Below are positions 38,892 to 47,141 of a stretch of DNA of 64,000 nucleotides, piece after piece. Location of the stretch: assembly GCA_965242865.1 (NCBI GenBank), contig CBDETK010000013.1, positions 1,024,001 through 1,088,000 on the forward strand. Reading direction: 5' to 3'. The notes below the pieces were generated by a model. The model was not told where the DNA came from. It ran no database searches and worked only from the letters and a program-made list of their open reading frames with translations. How positions within the stretch are numbered: the stretch's first letter is position 1; each line of letters begins with the position of its first letter. Origin of the DNA: Candidatus Latescibacterota bacterium (GTDB lineage: Bacteria > Latescibacterota > UBA2968 > UBA8231). The translations under genes and the position numbers were made by a program.

Positions 38892-39261
38892 AATTGACCC
38901 TCCATATAGAGATTTAAGATTTAAGTTTAGGCTAAAACCACTGTGCTAGACCACTGTGCTAGACCGCTGCCTCACCGAAATCTAGAGGAAAGGGAAAGGA
39001 CGCAAATCACCGCATTCTCGTCAACGCGGATAAATTCGTCCCTTAATACCATCACCCACCACCGCACTCGTGATATCCTTACTTCCCTAGCACCCCTTAA
39101 CAATAATAGCTTAATTGAAAAGCGTGTAAAGAAGCCTGAAATCATTTCGCGGTTCCATCCTACCATCCTAAAGTATTCAATACAAAATACGCATCTAATA
39201 CTCAGGATGCAAGAGATAGTTTCTAAACGCTATGGCCCATCAGCGCCTAGCCAGAGAACGG

Positions 39262-39735
39262 TTAAGACCTTGCGAAAAGAGGAAGACCATGACGTAACTC
39301 GGCTTCCAGCTTGGAGTGACAAGAGGGGCAAACCGAAATCAGATGTTCCAGCTTATTGGCCTCTACATTGGAAAAGAAACTGCGATAGGGGATCTTGTGA
39401 TGTACGTCGAGTTGACGCCCTAATTCCTCTTCGCTGACCCCGCATACCTGGCAGATAAAGCCATCGCGCGTCCGCGCCTTTAGCGCTTGGAGTGCCCAAT
39501 TGGCCCCTCGCTGTTTGGAGGGCTCCCCCAAGCAAACCTCGAGCGAAGGCATCTCCTCTGTCCAAGCCCGGCGACAGGACGCATTGCAAAAATGCAACTG
39601 CGCTTGGTCCGCATACCAAGCCGGGATCTCAAGCTCTAGCCGACAGTATGCACAGTGCGTGGCAATCTGCTCGTTGCCGCTAGCAGAGCATTGATCGCCA
39701 AAATCAAACCCCATCTGATCACTAGACGGAGACAT
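39262..39735 (-). CDS. HNH endonuclease with N-terminal zinc finger
   Basis: CAYC...FCNASC; RDGFICQVCG...DVHHKIP...N...CPSCH. Confidence 0.88.
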   Translation of the reverse strand: MSPSSDQMGFDFGDQCSASGNEQIATHCAYCRLELEIPAWYADQAQLHFCNASCRRAWTEEMPSLEVCLGEPSKQRGANWALQALKARTRDGFICQVCGVSEEELGRQLDVHHKIPYRSFFSNVEANKLEHLISVCPSCHSKLEAELRHGLPLFARS

Positions 39736-39905
39736 GATAGACCGCAGGGCTAATTTTATAGGTGATTCCGGTCTGTTCTGGCCTCATCGCTCGCCTCTTC
39801 GCAATATGCACAAATGGAGTCTGGTTAAGGAGACCCCATCTTGCCCCCTCTCCTCGTTTCATATATATTCAATAACTTTGATTTTATTAAAAAGGAGCGC
39901 AAAAA

Positions 39906-40160
39906 TTGCCCAAACTCAAATCAGCCAAAAAGCACCAAGCCACTAGCCTCAAAGCCTACGAGCGCAACCGTGCGCTTCGCTCGCGGATGCGGACAGCTCT
40001 TAAAAAAGTCCGTCAGGCTCCAGACAAAGCCTCGGCCGAAACCGCTCTACAGGCGGCGATCTCGACTGTTGACAGGACTACCAGCAAAGGTATTATCCAC
40101 AAAAATGCCGCCGCACGCTGCAAGTCGCGGTTGAGCCGCCTCGTGCAGACGATGGCCTAG
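39906..40160 (+). CDS. rpsT: 30S ribosomal protein S20
   Basis: KSAKK...RSRMRTALKK...KGIIHKNAAAR; AAGGAG SD, TTG start. Confidence 0.96.
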   Translation: MPKLKSAKKHQATSLKAYERNRALRSRMRTALKKVRQAPDKASAETALQAAISTVDRTTSKGIIHKNAAARCKSRLSRLVQTMA

Positions 40161-40169
40161 TATTTCTAC

Positions 40170-41087
40170 TCATTCAAAAGCACGAGTACTCAAGTAGCGC
40201 AACCCACTGTCGCAGAGGATCGTCGCGACTCGAGCCGTTGATCCAAGCTCGCGAGCGACTTGGGCGGCGATATAGGCGTTGGCTCCGGCTGAAATTCCCA
40301 CCAAAAGCCCCTCCTCTCGCGCCAAGCGGCGGGCCATTTCATAAGCGTCGTCGTCGGTAATGACCCGCACCTCGTCGACCACCTCGCGGTTGAGGACCGG
40401 CGGCACAAAACCCGCGCCGATGCCTTCTATATAACTGAAGCCAGCCTCTCCGCCTGAAAGCACCGGCGACCCAGCAGGCTCGACAGCTATGACTCGCACA
40501 GAGGCCAGAGCCTCCTTGAGCACCTCACCGACTCCAGTCAACGACCCCCCAGTACCCACACCCGCCACAAAGGCATCAATTCGGCCATCTAACTGTTCCA
40601 AAATCTCGCGGCCAGTCGTCCGACGGTGTATTTCAGGGTTCGCTGCGTTCATAAACTGCTGTGGCAAAAAGTAATCTGGATTCTCGCGCTTGAGTTCGAG
40701 TGCTTTGTCGATAGCCCCGCGCATGCCTTCGGCCGCTGGCGTCAACACAATCTCGGCGCCGTAAGCCTGCATCTGTAAGCGGCGCTCGCGGCTAGCCGTA
40801 TCGAACATGGTGACGATGAGCTTGTAGCCTTTGTAGGCAGCCACCATGGCCAAGCCAATGCCGGTATTGCCGCTGGTTGGCTCAATGATCGTGCCGCCCT
40901 CGGCCAACAGACCTTGCTCTTCAGCGGCTTCGATCATGGCCAGAGCAATGCGGTCCTTGACACTGCCCCCGGGATTGGTCGCCTCTAACTTGCCCCACAC
41001 CTCGGAGGCATCCTCCCCGACGACTCGGCTGAGGCGTACCATAGGCGTAGCCCCGATTAACTCCAGCACATTGTGGGCGCGTTTCAT
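40170..41087 (-). CDS. cysK: Cysteine synthase A
   Basis: NPGGSVKDRIA, EPTSGNTGIG and GVGTGG motifs. Confidence 0.93.
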   Translation of the reverse strand: MKRAHNVLELIGATPMVRLSRVVGEDASEVWGKLEATNPGGSVKDRIALAMIEAAEEQGLLAEGGTIIEPTSGNTGIGLAMVAAYKGYKLIVTMFDTASRERRLQMQAYGAEIVLTPAAEGMRGAIDKALELKRENPDYFLPQQFMNAANPEIHRRTTGREILEQLDGRIDAFVAGVGTGGSLTGVGEVLKEALASVRVIAVEPAGSPVLSGGEAGFSYIEGIGAGFVPPVLNREVVDEVRVITDDDAYEMARRLAREEGLLVGISAGANAYIAAQVARELGSTARVATILCDSGLRYLSTRAFE

Positions 41088-41133
41088 CCTGTACCACCCC
41101 TAACGCTAACGCCAGCCGCCTATAAGGTAAGTT

Positions 41134-41412
41134 TCAACTCCCGCCGGCAATAGCCGGGACGATCGAGACGCTGTCGCCATCGTTGAGCAGTGTGTCCTTA
41201 CCGTCGAGGAAACGGATGTCTTCGTCGTTGACGAAGATATTGACGTATCGGCGGATCTCGCCCCCTTCGTCGAGCAATTTCTCGGCCAAACCCTCGTAAG
41301 TACCTTCGAGCTCATCTACCAACTGGCTAATAGTCGCCGCCGCCAGCGCGACCTCGGCCTGATTGTGGGTCAATTTTCGCAACGGCGTAGGAATGTGAAC
41401 GGTAACCGGCAT
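41134..41412 (-). CDS. Ubiquitin-like sulfur carrier (CysO/MoaD family), ends in GG-S
   Basis: VHIPTPLR...YVNIFVNDEDIRFL...IVPAIAGGS. Confidence 0.92.
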   Translation of the reverse strand: MPVTVHIPTPLRKLTHNQAEVALAAATISQLVDELEGTYEGLAEKLLDEGGEIRRYVNIFVNDEDIRFLDGKDTLLNDGDSVSIVPAIAGGS

Positions 41413-41479
41413 CTCATCCTCCATTTGGTTAATTTTAGAATGCGGCTCTGCCGCCGCATCCTATGTTTAGGAGCGTTTA

Positions 41480-41974
41480 CTAAACTATTTTGACGCCCAC
41501 TTCGGCGTAGCGGCTACCGTACCAAGCAAAGCATTTGTAGCCTTGCACTTGCCGCTGGCTACCCGCCTCCTCGCCGCATACTGAGAGCACCAGATAAATC
41601 GCGTCCGGATCGTCCGGATCGTCGCCGGCCTCTCGGCTGTTGAATATCCAAGTGCGCCTTTCGTCTTCGCCCGAGAAGTAAGCTGCACAATCAATATGGG
41701 AGTGGTAGTAACCCGAGACCCGGCCACCGGCCTTTTCAGCCGCCTGCTCGATGCGTAACCGCTCACCAGCGTCGATCAGATAGGCCGAGCTCGCATCGCG
41801 AGGGTAGAGCTTGGGGTCTTCTTCGTGCCGCTGCTGCTGTACATTAGTACAAGCATGGGCAGCGGTCACCCCATCCGGCACTTTCTCGACCAATAGACCA
41901 CAACACTCGTGTGGGTACTCAGCCAAGGCTTGGGCGTAAATCCGTTCAACGTCTCTGCGGGCGATGCGCAGCAT
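41480..41974 (-). CDS. JAMM/M67 metallopeptidase (Mec-like)
   Basis: YPHECCGLL and YYHSH...YFSGED motifs. Confidence 0.92.
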   Translation of the reverse strand: MLRIARRDVERIYAQALAEYPHECCGLLVEKVPDGVTAAHACTNVQQQRHEEDPKLYPRDASSAYLIDAGERLRIEQAAEKAGGRVSGYYHSHIDCAAYFSGEDERRTWIFNSREAGDDPDDPDAIYLVLSVCGEEAGSQRQVQGYKCFAWYGSRYAEVGVKIV

Positions 41975-42907
41975 TCAGCCATCCTTCTGCGTAGTGATGC
42001 CATCGAGGGCCAGCCGCCACATAGGCGTACTCATGTACTTGTCTCCGCCATCGCAAAATATAGTCACCACCACCCCCATATCTAGCTGACGAGCCACTTC
42101 CAGCGCGGCCCAATAAGCCCCCCCCGCAGACTGCCCGACGAGAATCCCCTGCTCAACCGGTAGGCGCAGAGCAGTATCGTACGCATCGTCGGTATCTATC
42201 GGTATTTCGTAGTCGAGGAGGGCCTCGTCGTAGATACCGGGGACAATTGAACTCTCCATGTGCTTAAGCCCCTCAATGCCGTGAAACGGCTCGGCCGGCT
42301 GAGCGGCAATGATCTGGACCGCCGGGTTGAATTCCCTAAGACCTCGGCCTGCGCCCATCAGCGTACCGCTAGTGCCGATGGTGGCGACAAAATGCGTGAC
42401 GCGCCCTTGGGTCTGCTCCCAGATTTCGGGTGCAGTGGTGTCGCGATGGGCGTACCAATTCGCGGGATTATTGTATTGGTCGGGCTTGAAGTACCGGTCG
42501 GGATCGGCTTCGTAGATCCGCCGCGCTTCCCGTATGGCCCCGTCGGAAAGTTCCCCCGGGTCCGTGTACACCACTTCAGCACCATAGGCGGCGAGAATGG
42601 CCTTGCGCTCGCGGCTGACATTGGCCGGCATCGCCAATTTTACCCGATAGCCCTTAGCCGCACCGATCATCGCGTAGGCAATGCCGGTATTTCCAGAAGT
42701 GGAATCCAAAATGACCTTGCCCGGCCCCAGCGACCCGTCCTGCTCGCCATCCTCAATCATCCGCCGCGCTGGTCGGTCTTTGACCGACCCCCCGGGATTG
42801 AAAAACTCCAGCTTGGCATAAACTTCCACCCGCGGTGGAATCGCCGGATCCCTCAGCCGCAAAAGCGGCGTATTGCCAATCTGCTCAACGACCGATAGGC
42901 CTTTCAC
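41975..42907 (-). CDS. cysM: Cysteine synthase B (CysM-type)
   Basis: NPGGSVKDRPA, DSTSGNTG, GTSGTLMG and EGLKHM motifs. Confidence 0.9.
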   Translation of the reverse strand: MKGLSVVEQIGNTPLLRLRDPAIPPRVEVYAKLEFFNPGGSVKDRPARRMIEDGEQDGSLGPGKVILDSTSGNTGIAYAMIGAAKGYRVKLAMPANVSRERKAILAAYGAEVVYTDPGELSDGAIREARRIYEADPDRYFKPDQYNNPANWYAHRDTTAPEIWEQTQGRVTHFVATIGTSGTLMGAGRGLREFNPAVQIIAAQPAEPFHGIEGLKHMESSIVPGIYDEALLDYEIPIDTDDAYDTALRLPVEQGILVGQSAGGAYWAALEVARQLDMGVVVTIFCDGGDKYMSTPMWRLALDGITTQKDG

Positions 42908-42924
42908 AAAAATCTCCCCTCACG

Positions 42925-42998
42925 ATTAAAAGAACCAAAATCCACCATGTCAACCAACCCGGTCTTTTCTTGACACCCTCCAAGCCACCTTCTACCTT
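42925..42998. promoter_or_regulatory. Back-to-back divergent sigma70 promoters (cys operon and aspS)
   Basis: Minus strand TTGACA(42953)-17-TTTAAT; plus strand TTGACA(42970)-17-TACCTT. Confidence 0.6.
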
Positions 42999-43035
42999 AC
43001 TTTTTCTACCTAAAATCCAATTTTATCACTGATAG

Positions 43036-44829
43036 GTGCAACTTATGGAAGAGCCGAGCGAAGGCTTGGGCGACTGGGAGCGCACACACGACTGCGGCAC
43101 TCTTACAGATAAAGACATCGGTCAGCGCGTCCTACTAATGGGCTGGGTCTGGCACCGCCGCGACCACGGCGGCGTTATTTTTATAGACCTCCGCGACCGC
43201 TATGGCATTACCCAAATCGTCTTCAACCCACAGCGCGACCCCACTGCCTACCAGCAGGCCGACCGCTTGCGCAGCGAGTACGTCATCGCCGTACAAGGCG
43301 AAGTCGAAGCCCGTCCCGAAGGCATGGTCAACCCTCAGTTGCCCACCGGGACCATCGAGGTCAACTGCGATCAGCTGCGCCTCCTCAACCTCTGTCGGAC
43401 CCCGCCTTTTCTCATCGAAGACCAAACCGACGCTGGAGAGGAAATTCGGCTCAAGTATCGCTACTTGGACCTTCGGCGGCCTCGGATACAAGGGAATTTG
43501 CTGCTCAGGCACCGCGGCTACCAGACCGTGCGGCGTCTGCTCGACGAGCGCGGCTTTATCGAAGTGGAAACGCCGTTTCTGACCAAGAGCACACCCGAAG
43601 GCGCCCGCGACTATCTCGTTCCCAGCCGAGTCCATCCTAGGCAGTTTTTCGCTCTGCCCCAATCGCCTCAGACCTACAAGCAGCTCTTGATGATCGCGGG
43701 CTGCGACCGCTACTTCCAGATCGTTAAGTGCTTCCGCGACGAGGATTTGCGCGCCGATCGCCAGCCCGAATTTACCCAAATCGACATCGAAATGGCCTTC
43801 GTGCGCGAAAATCACGTCCTAGCCGTGGCCGAGGAGCTGACCCGCGCCCTCTTTGCTCAGTTGCGCCAAATCGATTTACCCAATCCCTTTCCGCGACTCA
43901 CGTATCGCGAAGCCATGCAGCGCTTTGGCTCCGACAAACCCGACCTGCGCTTCGGCCTAGAACTCAAAGATGCCGCGGCCACGGCGCTCATTTCCCAATT
44001 CCAAGTCTTTCGCTCTGCTCTCGACGCGGGCGGCCAGGTCAAAGGCATAAACGCCAAGGGCTGTAGCGGATTCTCACGCGGACAAATCGACGATTTAATC
44101 GCCTTTGCCCAAGGGCTGGGGGCCAAGGGTCTCAGCTGGATCAAACACACCGACGCGGGCCTTGAATCCTCCATCGTCAAATTCTTCCCCCAAGCGGCTC
44201 AAACCCTATTGATCGAGGCCCTCGAATCCGCCCCTGGCGACCTGCTGCTTTTGGTCGCCGACCAGCCTAAGCAGGTTGCCCGAGTTCTCGGTGGCCTGCG
44301 CTTGGAACTAGCCCAGCGTCTCTCGCTAGTGCCCGATGATTCTTGGCAGCCCCTTTGGGTCTGCCAATTCCCCCTGCTAGAACGCGACGAAGAAGCCGGC
44401 CGCTTTACAGCCATGCACCATCCCTTCACCGCTCCCTTAGAAGAGGACCTCCCCCTGCTAGAGACCAATCCGGCCGCTGTGAGGGCACGGGCCTATGATT
44501 TGGTCCTCAACGGCAATGAAATCGCCGGAGGCAGTATGCGGATTTTCCAGCGTTCAGTACAAGCTCACCTCTTTCGGCTTTTAGAGATCAGTGCTGAAGA
44601 AGCCGCGGTCAAATTCGGTTTCCTGCTCGAAGCTCTCGACTACGGTGCCCCGCCACACGGTGGGATTGCCTTTGGCTTTGACCGGCTGATCGCCCTACTC
44701 GCCGGCGAAGATTCAATCCGCGACGTCATCGCCTTCCCCAAGACCAACAAGGCCGTGGGGCTGATGGAAAACGCCCCTTCTTCCGTCGATTTAGGCCAGT
44801 TGCGCGAATTGGGCATTCGGTCGGCCTGA
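43036..44829 (+). CDS. aspS: Aspartate--tRNA ligase
   Basis: RRDHGG, LPQSPQ, CFRDEDLRADRQPEFTQ and GAPPHGG motifs. Confidence 0.98.
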   Translation: MQLMEEPSEGLGDWERTHDCGTLTDKDIGQRVLLMGWVWHRRDHGGVIFIDLRDRYGITQIVFNPQRDPTAYQQADRLRSEYVIAVQGEVEARPEGMVNPQLPTGTIEVNCDQLRLLNLCRTPPFLIEDQTDAGEEIRLKYRYLDLRRPRIQGNLLLRHRGYQTVRRLLDERGFIEVETPFLTKSTPEGARDYLVPSRVHPRQFFALPQSPQTYKQLLMIAGCDRYFQIVKCFRDEDLRADRQPEFTQIDIEMAFVRENHVLAVAEELTRALFAQLRQIDLPNPFPRLTYREAMQRFGSDKPDLRFGLELKDAAATALISQFQVFRSALDAGGQVKGINAKGCSGFSRGQIDDLIAFAQGLGAKGLSWIKHTDAGLESSIVKFFPQAAQTLLIEALESAPGDLLLLVADQPKQVARVLGGLRLELAQRLSLVPDDSWQPLWVCQFPLLERDEEAGRFTAMHHPFTAPLEEDLPLLETNPAAVRARAYDLVLNGNEIAGGSMRIFQRSVQAHLFRLLEISAEEAAVKFGFLLEALDYGAPPHGGIAFGFDRLIALLAGEDSIRDVIAFPKTNKAVGLMENAPSSVDLGQLRELGIRSA

Positions 44830-44867
44830 AAACGCAGCCGGCAAGGGTAGATTTTCACTTGTTCTGC

Positions 44868-44895
44868 TTGACATCCACTCTAGGTCGCCTATATT
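44868..44895 (+). promoter_or_regulatory. Sigma70-type promoter
   Basis: TTGACA-16 nt-TATATT. Confidence 0.6.
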
Positions 44896-44961
44896 TGTCC
44901 CAATATCCGCATTATTTAGATCACCGTTTTTTGACCCTTAATTTTAGGTGGAGGAACTACT

Positions 44962-45231
44962 TTGAGCCGTCTTTCCACTTTGTCTAGTTTGAGCTTGTCA
45001 GTAGTGGCTCTTTCTTTTGTCGCTGGCTGTTCACGTGCTCCGTCGCAGGAGGACATGGAATACTTGGAACAACGGCGTCAAGCCACTCTGGCCGCCGAAG
45101 TGAAAGTAACCGAGCTACAGGCCGAAAAAGCACAGCTCGAGCGCGAACTCGCCGAGCGGCAAGCCACCAAAAAAGCATTAGAAGCTAAACTAGCCGCTAC
45201 CAAGAACAACCTCGCCAACCAAGTTGATTAA
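44962..45231 (+). CDS. Small coiled-coil lipoprotein
   Basis: Lipobox VAGC, GGAGG SD and a heptad helix. Confidence 0.82.
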   Translation: MSRLSTLSSLSLSVVALSFVAGCSRAPSQEDMEYLEQRRQATLAAEVKVTELQAEKAQLERELAERQATKKALEAKLAATKNNLANQVD

Positions 45232-45249
45232 ATGAGAAAGGGTTCGACC

Positions 45250-46077
45250 ATGAAGAAGTTGTCCGTTGGTGGGTTGGCTTTAGCATTGCTAGTCCTAGTT
45301 AAAAACACCTCTGCTCAAGAGCAGCAGATGACCTGCGAGGAATACATCGCTCTGGGGCACGAGATCGTCAACCGCGAAGCCGTGGCCAACACCGAAATCG
45401 AAGCACTTAATGCCCAGCTCGAAGTGCTTAAAATGCAGATCGCCCAGCTCGACCGGGCCAACGCCGAGCTCAATGCCCAGATTCTCGCCGCCGTGGGCCA
45501 ATCCGAATCCGAAATCGCGGCCTTTGGGCGCGAGCTCGACGCCATTATCGCCCAACTCGAAGGTCTGATGGCACTGGCTCCAGAAGTACTCATCATGCAG
45601 CGCGGTGAAGTCATGGCCATCGACTCCCGAGTCGCCGAGCTCAAGCAGAGCAACATGGCCGCCTTGCCCGAAATGCGGGACAAGCTATCTACCATCGACC
45701 AGCTACTCACCGAGCTCAAAGCGCGCATAGCTCAGCCCGTGGTCATCGACTACAAAGTCGTGCGGGGCGACAATCTGTGGAACATCTCCAAAAAAGAACA
45801 AATCTACGCCGATCCTTATATGTGGCCCCGCATATACCGGAACAACAAGGATCAAATCGAAGACCCGGATTTAATCTACCCCAAACAAGTCTTGGCCGTG
45901 CCGTTTGGAGTAGCCGAAAATCAGTATTTGGTCTCCCGAGGCGACTTCCTCTTCAAAATCGCCGCCGAGCTGTACAACAATGCCGGCAAATGGCATAAAA
46001 TCTACGAGGCCAACAAGCAGCAAATCATCGCGCCAGACTTGATTTTTCCTGCTCAAGTCCTCGACATCCCCCAGTAA
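45250..46077 (+). CDS. Coiled-coil protein with two LysM domains
   Basis: YKVVRGDNLWNIS...PDLIYP and YLVSRGDFLFKIA...PDLIFP. Confidence 0.92.
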   Translation: MKKLSVGGLALALLVLVKNTSAQEQQMTCEEYIALGHEIVNREAVANTEIEALNAQLEVLKMQIAQLDRANAELNAQILAAVGQSESEIAAFGRELDAIIAQLEGLMALAPEVLIMQRGEVMAIDSRVAELKQSNMAALPEMRDKLSTIDQLLTELKARIAQPVVIDYKVVRGDNLWNISKKEQIYADPYMWPRIYRNNKDQIEDPDLIYPKQVLAVPFGVAENQYLVSRGDFLFKIAAELYNNAGKWHKIYEANKQQIIAPDLIFPAQVLDIPQ

Positions 46078-46112
46078 TCAAAACTACTTGATTTAAACAA
46101 ATTTCAAGACTT

Positions 46113-46167
46113 AAAGGGGTTTGATCCTTCCGCTAGCTAGGCCCGGCAGGATTTCAAACCCCTTTTT
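46113..46167. terminator. Stem-loop (terminator or phoH leader structure)
   Basis: AAAGGGGTTTGA...TCAAACCCCTTT followed by a T-rich run. Confidence 0.45.
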
Positions 46168-46190
46168 GTATTTTTGTATAGGTACAGGGC

Positions 46191-47141
46191 ATGAGGGACA
46201 TTTCCATCGCCGGCATAGATCGCCGCTCTCTCTTCGGGCGCAACGATCAGCACTTAGCACATATCGAAAAGAGATACGGCATCCGCCTAGTGGCCCGCGG
46301 CGACACGCTCACGCTTAAAGGGTCCGACGCCTCCGTGCGCGAGGCCGATGGCTTCCTCAGTCAGCTCATAAAACGCATGCGCCACGGCCCGCCTCTCGAA
46401 GTAGCCGAGTTAGAGGACTTGATCCACGCCAGTCCGTCCTCCTCCCCACCCAAAGGTACTCACAGCCCCGTAGCGCATACCTATAAGACAGCCATCTACG
46501 CCCGCACCGAGGGCCAAGCGAAATATCTCGCCGCGATCGACAACAACGACGTGGTCTTCAGCATCGGCCCAGCGGGCACCGGCAAGACGTACTTAGCGGT
46601 GGCCATGGCTGTTGCCGCGCTGCGGCAGAAGCAAATCTCGCGCATCCTGCTCGCCCGGCCCGCGGTAGAAGCCGGGGAGAAGCTCGGTTTTTTGCCCGGC
46701 TCTTTTGAGGACAAGGTCGACCCCTATTTGCGCCCGCTCTACGACGCGCTGCAAGATCTCATGGAACCTGAGCGGCTGCGGCGGATGCAGGATATGAAAA
46801 TCGTCGAAGTCGTGCCGCTGGCTTACATGCGTGGCCGCACCCTCAACGATTCGTTTATTATTCTCGACGAGGCCCAAAACACTACGCCCCAGCAGATGAA
46901 AATGTTTCTCACCCGGCTGGGCAGTCACTCAAAGGCCGTAGTTACTGGCGATATTACCCAGACCGACCTCAGCGAAGACCAGCCCTCGGGCTTAGTCGTC
47001 GCGCCCAAAATTCTGACCGGGATCGCCGGCTTGGCCTTTGTTCAGCTCAACGAGCGGGATGTGGTGCGCAACCCGCTCGTGCAGAAGATCATCAAAGCCT
47101 ACGACAGCTATGAGGAAAGCCACGCCTCGGCCGATCCATGA
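46191..47141 (+). CDS. phoH: PhoH family ATPase
   Basis: GPAGTGKTYLA, RPAVEAGEKLGFLPG and YMRGRTL motifs. Confidence 0.95.
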   Translation: MRDISIAGIDRRSLFGRNDQHLAHIEKRYGIRLVARGDTLTLKGSDASVREADGFLSQLIKRMRHGPPLEVAELEDLIHASPSSSPPKGTHSPVAHTYKTAIYARTEGQAKYLAAIDNNDVVFSIGPAGTGKTYLAVAMAVAALRQKQISRILLARPAVEAGEKLGFLPGSFEDKVDPYLRPLYDALQDLMEPERLRRMQDMKIVEVVPLAYMRGRTLNDSFIILDEAQNTTPQQMKMFLTRLGSHSKAVVTGDITQTDLSEDQPSGLVVAPKILTGIAGLAFVQLNERDVVRNPLVQKIIKAYDSYEESHASADP

